A stretch of 64,000 nucleotides of DNA from an uncultured Planctomycetota bacterium (GTDB taxonomy: Bacteria > Planctomycetota > Phycisphaerae > Tepidisphaerales > Tepidisphaeraceae). The notes under the pieces were generated by a model. The model searched no databases. It was not told where the DNA came from and worked only from the letters and a program-made list of their open reading frames with translations. The DNA is taken from positions 86,529-150,528 of the forward strand of contig CAWJEN010000004.1 in NCBI GenBank assembly GCA_963841915.1. The letters run 5' to 3'. The translations under genes were made by a program, and so were the position numbers. Positions 27,865-38,700 of the stretch are shown piece after piece (the stretch's first letter is position 1; the number at the start of each line of letters is the position of its first letter).

Positions 27865-29706
27865 TTGACCGACGACGCCGAACAGCTTCAATCGCGACTC
27901 CACGGAGATCGACGCTGGTTTACGCTCGCCGCGGTCGGCACGTTCTTGACGCTGGCCCTGCAGTACAAGCTCCACTGGACGCCCGGCGGTGACAGCGACT
28001 TCTTCGTCAGCGTTGCCCGAAACCTCGCCCGCGGCGACGGCTACACCTACAACGGCGAGGGCGTGGCGATCAGCCCGCCGGGTTGGCCTTGGTTCCTGAG
28101 CGGTTTGATGCGGGTCATGCCCGACTTCGCCTTTCTGAACCTGGTGCAGAGCCTGCTCCTCTGGGCGGGCCTTTTGCTGTTCTACCCGCTTTGTCGGGCA
28201 CTGACAGGCCCGCCCACTGCGGCCGTTGCGGTCCTGGTCACCGCGTTCCTTCACCCGGTCTACCCGCTGGCAGGGTGGATGCACTCCGAGCCGCTCTACC
28301 TCGTCCTTGTCAACGCGGCGGTGTGGGCGGGGCTGAGCTATAGCCGCGTCATGGGTCGAAACAGGTGGCTCTGGATCGCAGCGGCAACGCTCATCGCCAT
28401 CGTCGGCATCACGGTGCGGTGGACGGGGTTGTTCCACTGGTTATTGGTGGCCTCCGCCTTGCTATCCGGCGTCGGACATCGGCGGCCGATGAGTATCGGC
28501 GCCGCTCGTCTAGGGCCGACCCTCGCCGCCGGCCTCATCGTGGCCGGCGCATTCCAGTGGTTGTTCACCACGATGAAGGTGACGACGGACCTAGCCCGGC
28601 CGAGCTACACGCAGGTCGTTTCAGGAGAGCCTGAACAAATACCGACGCCGACGCAGCAGCTTGACGGCCCGGCGACGCTACCTGGCACGCTGGTTGATCC
28701 TGCCGGTGGCAGCCCGCTCGGAGCCGACAACCTGGGCGGTGTAGGCGCGGACGGATCCGCCGGTGTTGCCGTTCAGGAAGCCCTTGGGCACGGGGACTTC
28801 CTGGCCGACGGCCGGAGCCGAAGTCAAGCGGCCGAGTACGCGTCGCGGCTTTCAGCGCTTGGCACTTGGACAAGCTGGCTCCTCTGGTATCCGAGTCGAT
28901 TCGCCAGCGGCCTCGGCACCGTCTCCATCGCCGTCGGTGCTGTCGGCTGGGTCGCGCTCGGCTTCTACGCCGTCGGCTGGCACACGCTCGGGCGGGAAGG
29001 GCGATGGCTCGCAGGTGGCGTGCTGGCTTACGTCGTTGTCATCGCACTTGTGTGGCCAAACCCAAACGCGCGTTACCTCGTGCCGGTCGCGCCACTGTTT
29101 TTGATCGTCGTCATGCTCGGGCTGCGAAGGCTCGGCAAGCTGTGGCCGATAGCAATGGTCACTTCGGTGCTGCTTGCGAACTTGCCGTTGTACCTGGTCG
29201 ATGCTTACCTCTCGCGGGTGCCGGGCGCAGCGACCGTTCATTATGAAGCCGGCGACGCCGCGTCCCTCGCAGCCGCTTGCCAAGTTCTTCGTGATGCAGA
29301 CATCAGCACCGGCGACGTCGTGGTGAGCGAGCGGTACGTCAACTTTGGCAGAGTCCGCCGCCTGCGGACCGGGTCGCGGAGCGCGCAGGTCCTGCTCGAT
29401 GTCGACATTCGCGCGATTCCGCGGCAGGTACCCGATGTGCCCGAGTCCCCGGCCTTAGCGCGACACCTTAAGTCCGTCGGCGCGTCGTACTACTTCTTCC
29501 AAGAGCCGGCTGTGCCGTGGCGACTGTGGCACGTTCGCATGCCGATGTGGCTGCAGACGCGGCTCAGCAATGATCCGGTTGCACGGAGCAGCGGCGGCTG
29601 GGAGCTGTATCAGCTCGACCGATCAGCTGAACGGCCGCGACTTGTGCGGGTTCCCGTCGAAGTCGACGATACATTCCGCTGGCCACGCCGTGTGCCGGGG
29701 CTTTAA
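27865..29706 (+). CDS. GT-C fold membrane glycosyltransferase 3
   Basis: GDSDFF..ARNLARGDGY, PPGWP, HSEPLY, VRWTG, ARYLVP motifs; paralogous to the preceding gene. Confidence 0.78.
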   Translation: MTDDAEQLQSRLHGDRRWFTLAAVGTFLTLALQYKLHWTPGGDSDFFVSVARNLARGDGYTYNGEGVAISPPGWPWFLSGLMRVMPDFAFLNLVQSLLLWAGLLLFYPLCRALTGPPTAAVAVLVTAFLHPVYPLAGWMHSEPLYLVLVNAAVWAGLSYSRVMGRNRWLWIAAATLIAIVGITVRWTGLFHWLLVASALLSGVGHRRPMSIGAARLGPTLAAGLIVAGAFQWLFTTMKVTTDLARPSYTQVVSGEPEQIPTPTQQLDGPATLPGTLVDPAGGSPLGADNLGGVGADGSAGVAVQEALGHGDFLADGRSRSQAAEYASRLSALGTWTSWLLWYPSRFASGLGTVSIAVGAVGWVALGFYAVGWHTLGREGRWLAGGVLAYVVVIALVWPNPNARYLVPVAPLFLIVVMLGLRRLGKLWPIAMVTSVLLANLPLYLVDAYLSRVPGAATVHYEAGDAASLAAACQVLRDADISTGDVVVSERYVNFGRVRRLRTGSRSAQVLLDVDIRAIPRQVPDVPESPALARHLKSVGASYYFFQEPAVPWRLWHVRMPMWLQTRLSNDPVARSSGGWELYQLDRSAERPRLVRVPVEVDDTFRWPRRVPGL

Positions 29707-29739
29707 GCAGTTGGCTTCAACCCGTCCGTACGCTGCGGC

Positions 29740-30753
29740 GTGGATCCGTTGTCTCAAGCTGTTGTCGGTGCTGCCGTCGCTCACGCCTTCGTCGGCCGAA
29801 AGCTGCCCCGCGCAGCGGCAGTCATCGGCGCATTAGCCGGAATGTCGCCCGACCTCGACATCTTCATCCCGACTATCGGCGACCCGACGGCTGGTTGGGT
29901 CTGGCACCGCGGCCCGACGCACAGCTTCGTCGCCGTTCCGGTGCTGGCGCTGCTGACCACGCTCGTCTTCATGCTTGTAAAGTCAATGCGGCCTCACAAG
30001 CTCACTGTCCTGACTGCGGCCGCATTGGGCGTCGCCACACACGCACCGCTCGATGCGCTGACGACCTACGGCACCGTCCTGTTCTGGCCGTTCACCGACT
30101 ACCGGGTTGCGATCGACTGGATGCCGATCATCGACCCGATCTTCACGTTCACGCTCGTCGGCCTGATGATCGTGGCGACGTGGCGAAAGCTGGTGCCGCT
30201 GAGCATCGCCGCGTGCGTGTTCGGCGGCATGTACATCGGCTTTGGTGCTTGGCAGCACGGCAGAGCGATGCAGGCAGTCGAAGCGCTCGCAGACGCCCGC
30301 GGGCACGTGCCGTCGCGGGTCTTTGCCATGCCGTCACCCGGGGCTCTGTCGGCCTGGCGTGGCCTTTACGAGGTGAATGGCACACTGCACGCTGACGGCA
30401 TCTTCGTCCCTTACGTCGGAGAGACTCGCGTTCGCGTCGGGACGTCACGCGCCCTCAGCGCGTTAATCGGCGAGCCGGAAAGCGACAGGCGACACCACTT
30501 CGACACTTTCAGTTGGTTCAGCTTGAACACGCTTGTCCCGCCTGACGAGTCGAAACCGATGCTTGTCGGCGACGGCCGCTACTCAAGCGATCCGGCCGGC
30601 TTTGTGCCGCTGTGGGGACTCGACTTCACCGGCGGCGGTGAGCCGACCCGCTTCAACGGTCGCGGCGACTTCACCGTCGGCAGCCTGTTCGACGCGATGC
30701 TCGGCCGTGACGAGCGATACCTTCCGCTAGACACAGCGGCAACAACACGTTAG
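29740..30753 (+). CDS. Metal-dependent membrane hydrolase (YdjM family)
   Basis: MDPLSQ, PDLD, HRGPTHS, THAPLDALTTYGT, IIDP motifs. Confidence 0.9.
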   Translation: MDPLSQAVVGAAVAHAFVGRKLPRAAAVIGALAGMSPDLDIFIPTIGDPTAGWVWHRGPTHSFVAVPVLALLTTLVFMLVKSMRPHKLTVLTAAALGVATHAPLDALTTYGTVLFWPFTDYRVAIDWMPIIDPIFTFTLVGLMIVATWRKLVPLSIAACVFGGMYIGFGAWQHGRAMQAVEALADARGHVPSRVFAMPSPGALSAWRGLYEVNGTLHADGIFVPYVGETRVRVGTSRALSALIGEPESDRRHHFDTFSWFSLNTLVPPDESKPMLVGDGRYSSDPAGFVPLWGLDFTGGGEPTRFNGRGDFTVGSLFDAMLGRDERYLPLDTAATTR

Positions 30754-30763
30754 CGTGCTCCGC

Positions 30764-31324
30764 ATGACGGACGCTCCAGCTTTACAGCAGCCACCCGGCA
30801 ATTTGTCCAGCCAACCCGGCAAATCTAATGGTCTCTCCGTCGCCGCGCTCGTCGTCGGCATCGTGGGCGTCGTTTTGGCGTTCATCCCTTGCGTCAACAT
30901 CATCGGCATGTTGCTGGGGCTGATTGCTCTCGTGCTCGGCATCATCGGATGGGTGCAGGCTGGCAAGGATCCGGCAGCCAAGAAAGGCACCGCCATCGCC
31001 GGAGTGGTCCTCGGTGTCGCAGCCATCGTAATAGCCGTCATTGTCAACACTCTCGTTAGTGCCGCTGTGACTACCGCGGCCCAAAGTGCCGGCGGCAAAA
31101 TCGGTCAGGGCATCGAGATGGCAGAAGCGACTACCGAAGCGGAGACGCTGTACGCAAAAGCGCGAGAAGCTGGCGTCGACGAGAGCAAGATCGACGCGGC
31201 CAAGGAGAAGTTCGATAATGACATGGCCACCTTCATGGCCGACTCCTTCGACAGCCGTGCCGAGGCTGAAACTGCAGCAGCGGAGAAGCTCGACACACTG
31301 CGTGATGAGCTCGGTTTAGATTGA
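30764..31324 (+). CDS. DUF4190-like membrane protein
   Basis: NGLSVAALVVGI...GTAIAGVVLG TM hairpin signature. Confidence 0.75.
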   Translation: MTDAPALQQPPGNLSSQPGKSNGLSVAALVVGIVGVVLAFIPCVNIIGMLLGLIALVLGIIGWVQAGKDPAAKKGTAIAGVVLGVAAIVIAVIVNTLVSAAVTTAAQSAGGKIGQGIEMAEATTEAETLYAKAREAGVDESKIDAAKEKFDNDMATFMADSFDSRAEAETAAAEKLDTLRDELGLD

Positions 31325-31344
31325 GTCGCGACGACCTTCAGACG

Positions 31345-32001
31345 ATGTATGCTGCACACGTCATTCTCGCCACTGCATTGCTTGCTGTCGGTTCTGGCTG
31401 CGACAACGGTGATGATGTGGAGCTTGCCCGGGCATCCTCTGGCCAAGCTGCCACGCCACCGCCGATGGAGTTTCGCGTCGTCGAGAAGCACCTGGCGGCC
31501 GCGTCGGCGGTGCCGGTGCCGGGGGGCGTGCTGGTGGTTCGACCGCCGACTGGTTGGCTAAGCCTGCCGCCTTCGCAGATCAAGGACGAGTTGCCGCTCG
31601 CCAACTGGCTCTCGGGTGAGACGGCAACGTTTGCTGTTTTTGATCGCTCTTCCGGAACACCGGCGACGCGACCTGCCTCAATCAAGCGGGGCGAATTTGT
31701 ACTGAACGGCACGACAATCGAGCAACTTCTGTACGTCGGCCCGTCGACCACGACATTTACAATCCTCCTGCCGCCGCAAGACGGCAGGCGTGGAGAGGTC
31801 GAACTGACTGCTCCCAACGAACACTACCAGCGGTTGCTGCCCGTCATCGAGTCGACGATCGGCAGCCTCCGTTTTGATCCTGCAGAAGTCGATGCGAGTC
31901 CTTCGGCCTCGCCTGTCGATACACCTCTGCAGCACCTGTCTAGCGGCCTCAGCACAGTGCGGGCCGCACCTTTTTCTCTAGTTGGAGATGTCCGCACATG
32001 A
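31345..32001 (+). CDS. Hypothetical lipoprotein
   Basis: Hydrophobic N-terminus with GSGC lipobox; fills the gap between genes. Confidence 0.55.
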   Translation: MYAAHVILATALLAVGSGCDNGDDVELARASSGQAATPPPMEFRVVEKHLAAASAVPVPGGVLVVRPPTGWLSLPPSQIKDELPLANWLSGETATFAVFDRSSGTPATRPASIKRGEFVLNGTTIEQLLYVGPSTTTFTILLPPQDGRRGEVELTAPNEHYQRLLPVIESTIGSLRFDPAEVDASPSASPVDTPLQHLSSGLSTVRAAPFSLVGDVRT

Positions 32002-32345
32002 CTGACCTAGTTCTCGTCCCGGCCCGCCGCGTTCGCGCCGCCGCCACCCGCGTCATCGCAATGGCCCTCGTTGCCTGCGTGCTGCTCACCACCGCCACCG
32101 GCTGCTTCACGCAGTCCGTTCCCTTCGGCTCCGGTGGCACCGGTGCCAGCGAGCAGGAGTTCAACCAGTGGTTCGTCCTCTGGGGCCTGGTCCCGATCAC
32201 CGAAATTGAGGAAGATGTCACTGCCGCCATTGGTGGCACAACGGACTACACGCTCACGAGCGAGTTCACCCCGATCGACTGCGTCATCAACATCTTCACG
32301 AGCGTCGTGACGGTCTACCGCAAGTCGATGATCGTCGAGAAGTAG
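31998..32345 (+). CDS. Bor/Iss-like small lipoprotein
   Basis: ATGC lipobox; QWFVLWGL and FTPIDCVINIFT pattern; strong codon bias; GGAG SD. Confidence 0.7.
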   Translation: MTDLVLVPARRVRAAATRVIAMALVACVLLTTATGCFTQSVPFGSGGTGASEQEFNQWFVLWGLVPITEIEEDVTAAIGGTTDYTLTSEFTPIDCVINIFTSVVTVYRKSMIVEK

Positions 32346-32369
32346 CCTCGACACCACGACTTGAACGTA

Positions 32370-32409
32370 AAAGCAAGCTGCCGCGTCCTTGGACGCGGCA
32401 GCTTGCTTT
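32370..32409. terminator. Bidirectional intrinsic terminator
   Basis: Perfect 19-bp inverted repeat AAAGCAAGCTGCCGCGTCC-TT-GGACGCGGCAGCTTGCTTT between convergent genes. Confidence 0.8.
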
Positions 32410-32432
32410 CTCATCGTCCGCCAGCTTCAACT

Positions 32433-32927
32433 TTATCGAGAAGGTCCGGCGCTGGTTCGCTTCGACACCTTCTTCTTTTTCCGCAGGCTGTCACCCGCCG
32501 CGTCTCGGGCAGCTTCAACCTGTGCCTTGTCGTCGTAGTCACCTTCCGGCGGAAGCAGGTAGAGCCGGACCGTGCCCGGGTTGGGCGTCACAATAGCTCC
32601 GCTGACAATGTCAACGCCGGTGCCAATCAGCCCACCGATGAGGATGTTACCGAAGACGGCCGGATTGAATGCTGGCGTGATTTCACGGCTATAGGAGGCA
32701 AATCCGTCCCGCTCGATCCGCAGACGATGCCTATCCCGGCGGGCAACGCTCAGTGTTAGCGGTGTTTTGCCTTGAAACGCATCGTTCAGGTAAACTGATG
32801 CGCCTGCCGGCTCCGATTGAACCCGCACAGGCCGATTTGAGCCGCCGGTCATGATGGTCGCACACCCGCTGAGCGACAGTAAAAGTGCTACTGAAATGGC
32901 AAACAACGGCAACTTGCTGAGATACAA
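32433..32927 (-). CDS. PEGA-domain lipoprotein
   Basis: LSGCATI lipobox; SEPAGASVYLN...GKTP; GNILIGG..G..VD..SGA. Confidence 0.85.
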   Translation of the reverse strand: MYLSKLPLFAISVALLLSLSGCATIMTGGSNRPVRVQSEPAGASVYLNDAFQGKTPLTLSVARRDRHRLRIERDGFASYSREITPAFNPAVFGNILIGGLIGTGVDIVSGAIVTPNPGTVRLYLLPPEGDYDDKAQVEAARDAAGDSLRKKKKVSKRTSAGPSR

Positions 32928-33054
32928 AGGTCTCTCCTAAAGTCGAAAGGAACAACTATGGCAACCCGCACCCGGGAACCTGCGGCCAAACCTAAGGCGT
33001 CGTATGGCCGCACGCAAGTAGGAGTGGCAACTCAGGCCGCCATAGTCTGCGGAC

Positions 33055-34233
33055 GTGCCACGACCTGATCAGCCTGTCCTGCCCGGCTCGACCATCGGCC
33101 TGCTCGGCGGCGGTCAACTCGGTCGCATGTTCGGCATCGCTGCGCGTCGCATGGGCTACCGCGTTCACGCACTCGATCCGTCGCTCGATTGTCCGGCCGG
33201 TCAGGTAGCCGACGTGGAGATCAACCGCCCGTACGACGACATCGATGCCGCCCGCAACTTTGCAAACCACTGCGATGTGGTGACGTTTGAGTTCGAGAAC
33301 GTGCCTGCCGAGACGCTGGAGCAGATCGAAGCCATCACACCGGTTCATCCTTCGCCGAACGTGCTGCACACGACGCGGCATCGTCTTCGAGAGAAGCAGT
33401 TCCTCAAAGAAGAAGGCATTCCACACGCGGTTTGGAAGGCCGTGCATTCACCGGCCGAAGTGGTCGAGGCATCTAAGGCGCTTGCAGAGGGCATCTTGAA
33501 AACCGCACTCTTCGGATACGACGGCAAGGGCCAGTCGCGCCTGCCGCCGCGGGCCCCGCTGGAGACAATCGAGGCCGCCTGGCAGAAGCTCGGCAACCCC
33601 GACGTCGCCGTCTTCGAGCAGCTCGTGCCCTTCGAAGCGGAGGTGAGCGTCGTCATCGCCCGAACAACAACCGGGCAGATCAAGGCGTTTCCTGTGGGTC
33701 GCAATGACCACGCCAGCGGCATCCTTGATGTCACCGTTGTGCCCAGCGGCTTCGGTGACGCGGTCGAGCAACGGGCCATAGCTGTTGCGACGGACGTGGC
33801 TGACAAGCTCAGCGTCGTTGGGCTCATCGCTGTCGAGCTATTTGTCGTTCCCGACGAACACGGCGGCGGTGGGTACGACCTACTCGTCAACGAGATCGCG
33901 CCGCGTACGCATAACAGCGGCCACTGGACCTTCGACGCATGCGTGACAAGCCAATTTGAGCAGCAATTGCGAGCCGTCTGCGGACTGCCGCTCGGTGAAG
34001 TCACGCCCACACCCGGGGGCGTTGCGATGGCCAACTTGCTGGGAGACCTTTGGGAACACGGCGACCCCGACTGGGCGGCGGCATTGTCACTGCAGAACGT
34101 CAAGCTGCATCTGTACGGCAAGACGCAAGCCCGGCCCGGCCGCAAGATGGGTCACCTTGTCGCGACGGCCGACACGCCCGAGAAAGCTAAACGAGACGTG
34201 CTCGAGGCACGAAGGCGACTCACAACCAGCTAA
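33055..34233 (+). CDS. purK: N5-carboxyaminoimidazole ribonucleotide synthase
   Basis: GGGQLGRM, TFEFENV, GYDGKGQ, NEIAPRTHNSGH, HLYGK, RKMGH. Confidence 0.97.
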   Translation: MPRPDQPVLPGSTIGLLGGGQLGRMFGIAARRMGYRVHALDPSLDCPAGQVADVEINRPYDDIDAARNFANHCDVVTFEFENVPAETLEQIEAITPVHPSPNVLHTTRHRLREKQFLKEEGIPHAVWKAVHSPAEVVEASKALAEGILKTALFGYDGKGQSRLPPRAPLETIEAAWQKLGNPDVAVFEQLVPFEAEVSVVIARTTTGQIKAFPVGRNDHASGILDVTVVPSGFGDAVEQRAIAVATDVADKLSVVGLIAVELFVVPDEHGGGGYDLLVNEIAPRTHNSGHWTFDACVTSQFEQQLRAVCGLPLGEVTPTPGGVAMANLLGDLWEHGDPDWAAALSLQNVKLHLYGKTQARPGRKMGHLVATADTPEKAKRDVLEARRRLTTS

Positions 34234-34284
34234 ATTCTGGCTGCCGGCTTGGCAGAGGCAATCACGTAGCACACACTGCACCTC

Positions 34285-35610
34285 GTGCCGTCCAGCGCCA
34301 CCCGCAGCCGCCTGTTGCTCTTGCTGGCGACCGTTGTGGCAGTGTTAACCGCGGGACTCTGCCTGCAAGGGATCCGCAAAGTGTCGGCGGGAGTTGAAGA
34401 TCTCGCGGTATCGCAGGACGTTCGACAGGTCATCGGCCCGCCGATCGATCTGCGGCTGCGTTGGGTCGAGTGGCGGTACATCTTTGAACACGGGCAGAAT
34501 CCGTTTGATGTCTACCTGGCCGATGAACCCGAAGGCCCGGTGGCAGGTGGCGCGGCTGCGATCGAGGAGCGTGCGCCCGAGTCGCTTGCGGTGGACAATA
34601 TGTTGGGGCCTGTGTTGCGAGCGCCGTATCCGCCGTGGGCCTACCCGCTGGCGACGCCAATTTGGTCGCTGCCTTGGCCGATCGCCCGCCTGGCGATGGC
34701 GGTGGTGTCGGTGCTGTCAATTGGGGCCATTTCGTTGCACGCGTGGCGGACGGGCAGACGCGGGTTCCGACTCAGCGGGTTGTTGGCCATCGCCATTGTT
34801 GTCGGTGCGGCGCATCACTACACGGCACTGCGGCTGGGGCAGCCGACGCAGGCTGTCGTCGCTGCCCTTGCCCTGGCGGCGGCGGCGTTGCATCGGCGGT
34901 GGCATGTGGCGGCCGGCGTGCTCGTCGCGCTGGCCATGCTTAAACCGACAATCGCTGCGCCATTTGTTGTGGTCCTCATGGTCAGCGGCGCGTGGCGGTC
35001 AGTGGCCTCTTGCGGCATCACGCTTATCGTCTCGTCGTGCATCCCGTGGCTACTTACCGGCGTGACGCCTTGGCACATGGTGAGTCAGATGCGGCTGATC
35101 GCCGAGGCCATCGAAGTGGGCAAGGAAGGGGCTGCCGGCCCAATCGCATGGTTCATCGACGTCGGCCTGACACCAGCCATGGCGGCCCGGGTGACGGCGT
35201 TGCTTGTCGTCGGGTTCTTTACAGCTTTGCTGTGGCGATTTCGCAAGCGGCACGTCTCGGTGCTGTTTGCCATCGCGGCGTTGGGGTCGGTGTTGTGGAC
35301 GCATCAAAAGCCTTACGACGAGCTCGTCATGCTCCTGATTGCAGGGCCGATACTCGGGTTGCTCGGTCGCATGCTCGTTCGTTGGCGAGACGGTGAACGA
35401 GACCTGCCGTGGGCGGCGTTGCTGGTCACGCTGACGTATGTGCTGTCGATGGCGCACCTGGGCCTGCCTCACGCTATCGGTGGCAGCGGGGGCGATGCGT
35501 GGGTTGCGGCGCAGATCGGCTGCTGGACATTGTGCGTCTCGTTGCTGCTCCTGGAGCGGCGACTGTTACGGCTGCGGGAACCGGTGCCGTCGACGCTGCT
35601 ACCGCGGTAG
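34285..35610 (+). CDS. GT87 / DUF2029 GT-C glycosyltransferase
   Basis: YPPW, LGQ, LKP and YD motifs in a polytopic membrane protein. Confidence 0.75.
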   Translation: MPSSATRSRLLLLLATVVAVLTAGLCLQGIRKVSAGVEDLAVSQDVRQVIGPPIDLRLRWVEWRYIFEHGQNPFDVYLADEPEGPVAGGAAAIEERAPESLAVDNMLGPVLRAPYPPWAYPLATPIWSLPWPIARLAMAVVSVLSIGAISLHAWRTGRRGFRLSGLLAIAIVVGAAHHYTALRLGQPTQAVVAALALAAAALHRRWHVAAGVLVALAMLKPTIAAPFVVVLMVSGAWRSVASCGITLIVSSCIPWLLTGVTPWHMVSQMRLIAEAIEVGKEGAAGPIAWFIDVGLTPAMAARVTALLVVGFFTALLWRFRKRHVSVLFAIAALGSVLWTHQKPYDELVMLLIAGPILGLLGRMLVRWRDGERDLPWAALLVTLTYVLSMAHLGLPHAIGGSGGDAWVAAQIGCWTLCVSLLLLERRLLRLREPVPSTLLPR

Positions 35611-35702
35611 GATGCTGGCGGCCGATAATCTGTTCGCACCGTTGATCCGTCGCACGCGTGGGCAGTCTAAAGCCGGCCTCTCCACCACTGTCGCCACCAC
35701 CG

Positions 35703-38700
35703 ATGCCAAAGCTCGCCACCCGCCGTCTCGCCCGCGCTGCCGTAGAAACCCTTGAAACTCGTCGCTTGCTCGCCTTCAGCGGTCAGAGCTTCGACCTGCC
35801 GCTCCGGTACGACTTCACCACCCAGGCGAACGGCGTCGAAGATGCGGCTGGGTTAAACGTCGGCTTCCCGATCGTCCAGGGCAACGACAACAACGACGAG
35901 CTCGACTCCACGTTGATCGACCTGGACACAGCGGCAGGCCTGCTTCGCGTGACGTCCAGCGGCAACGCGACCAACGGTAGCAACTTCGGAGACGACAACT
36001 CGCTCGTCAACGGCCTGCAACTACCCTTCGACGCAACGAGCGACTGGCTCGTCCACACACGCGTCGCCTTGGCCGGTGACACGCTCGACGGCATCAGCGA
36101 AGGCTTCGAGCAGTTCGGCCTGATGATCGGGCCCAGCCAGGACAACTACGTCAAGCTCGTCTTCGCCCACGACGGCAGCGACAACATCGTCCAGTTCCTG
36201 GTAGAAACGACAAACACGACGTCAACGGCCACCCGCTTCCCGCTCGGCGAAGGCGGGGCGACCAGCGACGTCGCCGCCGTCACGGGTGTCAACCTCGGCA
36301 GCGCAGAATACATTGACCTTTGGCTCGCCGGCGACGCGTCGACGGGCGTCATCTCTGCGCAATACCGCGTCGAAGGCGGCGTGTCGACCCGCTTCACCGA
36401 AACCTACACCGCCGTCGAAGGGCTGTTCCGCAGCCAGTCGCGGGCAGGCCTAATTGTCGCCCACAAGAACGACGGCGACGCCATCACGGCCGAGTTCGAC
36501 GACTTCGAGGTCACACGCGAGGCATTGCCCAACACGCGACCGGCCGTCGGTGAAGTGCGACCCGGCGACGATGCCGACAACGTCTTTCGCGATGAGTTTG
36601 TCGCCGTTGACCTTGTCCTTCCCAACGCCAGCGTCAGCGGCGACACGCTGACGCCGGCCAATGTCTTCCTGACCCGCGACAGCGACGGCCTTCGCGTGCC
36701 TTCCGAGATCAACACGACGGGCGGCGGTGATGCGATCGTCCTGACGCCCGACCGCGCGCTCGATGCTGACACCGACTACACGTTCACGATCACCGGCGGC
36801 GTGACGGACCTGTTCGGCGTCGCCTTCGAGCCCTTCGAAAGCTCGTTCACCACCAACTTCGAGCTTAGCGGCCAAGGCGGCTCACTCGGCGGCGTCGCCT
36901 TCGAGCAGATCGACCTGCCCGCGGCCGACGGGACGATCTGGTCGAGCGTGACCATCGGCCCCGACGGCCGCCTCTATGCCACTGCCATCGATGGTGAGAT
37001 CAAGCGATTCGACATCAACGCTGACGGCACGCTCGCCACGGGCGAGAGCATCACGAGCCTCACGGATGCCGAAGGTGCCGACCGCGTCGTCACCGGCCTC
37101 GTTTTTGCCCCGGACGCGACGGCAAGCAATCTCGTCGCCTACGTCACCCACACGCAGTTCAACGACGTCACGACGAGCAACCCGAGCGAACTTGGCGACG
37201 ACTTCACCGGCAAGCTCAGCCGCCTCAGCGGGCCTTCGCTCGGCACCGTCACCGACCTCGTCGACGGCCTGCCCCGCAGCATCCGCGACCACCTGACGAA
37301 CCAGCCCGTCTTTGGTCCCGATGGCCGCATCTACATCGGCCAGGGGGCCAACAACGCGATGGGCGCTCCCGACGCCGCCTGGGGTTTCCGCGAAGAACAG
37401 CTACTCAGCGGCAACGTCCTGGCCGTCGACATCGACGCCATTGAGGCAGGCGGCACCGCTATCAATGTCCGCACCGGCAGTGCAGGCAGCTACGACCCGC
37501 TCGCCGACGACGCCCCCGTCACCATCTACGGCGAAGGCGTCCGAAACGCGTACAACGTGCTGTTCCACTCCAACGGCAGCCTGTACGCCCCGACAAACGG
37601 CTCTGCCGCCGGTGGCAACACGCCGGCCGCGCCCGACGGGTCAGCCGTCGGCCTCAACAACGTCTCGCAGACGCAAAACGACTACCTGTTCCGCATCGAA
37701 GATGGCGGCTACTACGGACACCCCAACCCGACGCTCGGCAACTATGTGCTCGGCGGTGGCAATCCTACTAGTGGCGCCGACGTCGCGCAAGTTGACGCCT
37801 ATCCCATCGGCACGCTGCCCGAGGACAACTACGGCGGATTCGCCTACGACTTCGGCAAGAACCAGTCGCCCAACGGTGCGATCGAGTTCAATGCCGACGT
37901 CTTCGACAACGCTCTCAATGGCAAGCTCATCGTCACCCGCTTCTCCGGCGGTGACGATCTCATTGTCCTTGACGTCAACGACAACGGCACCGTCACCGGT
38001 GGCACGACCGGCATCCCCGGCTTCGACCAGCTCAGCGACCCGCTCGACCTCGTGCAAACCGCAGGCGGCAGCCTGTACGTCAGCGAGTACGGCTCGCAAA
38101 CGATCACGCTGCTCAAGCCCGTCGCCACGGGCGGATCGGCCAAGGAAGCCAGCAAGCAGATCTTCATCGACGCCGCCGCCGGTGAGGGCGAGCTTCGCCC
38201 GCTCGTGATTCGCAACACCGGCACCGAGCCGCTCATCGTCAATCCCTACACGCTCGGCATCACCGGGGCCGACAAGGACTTGTTCGAGTACGTCAACGCA
38301 CCGACGACGGCCGTCACCGTGCAGCCCGGCGGGGCAGCATCGTTCGACGTCCGCTTCAACGCACCGGCCGATGCCAACGTCGGCGACACGTTCACAGCCG
38401 TCGCCTTCGTGCGTACGAGCGATGAAAATGCCCCTGAGGTCGGCGCGACCGTCACCGGCTTTGTCAGGCGCGGCATTGATGGGGCCAACGAACCGTCGCT
38501 CCAGGACATCTTCGACCTCTATGACCTCGGCATCACGACGGGCGACCCCGATCCCGATACGACCGAGATCGAACAGGACGAACTCGGCGGCATTGACGCA
38601 CAGCTCTTCCGCCCGGCCGACCCGAGCAAGCCCATCGCGATCGAAGTGATCGGCAGCTACAGCCCCGAGCGCACACCGGCCTTGAGCTTCGGCACCTACG

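Noticed and set aside
32930..33054. ZTP or purine riboswitch upstream of purK
   Set aside because: No consensus elements are present, and purK has a -10 box next to its start, implying no leader.
33900..36500. G-rich to C-rich switch near 35650
   Set aside because: It coincides with a boundary between a hydrophobic membrane-protein gene and an acidic secreted-protein gene, so amino-acid composition could explain it. Not counted with the intragenic cases.
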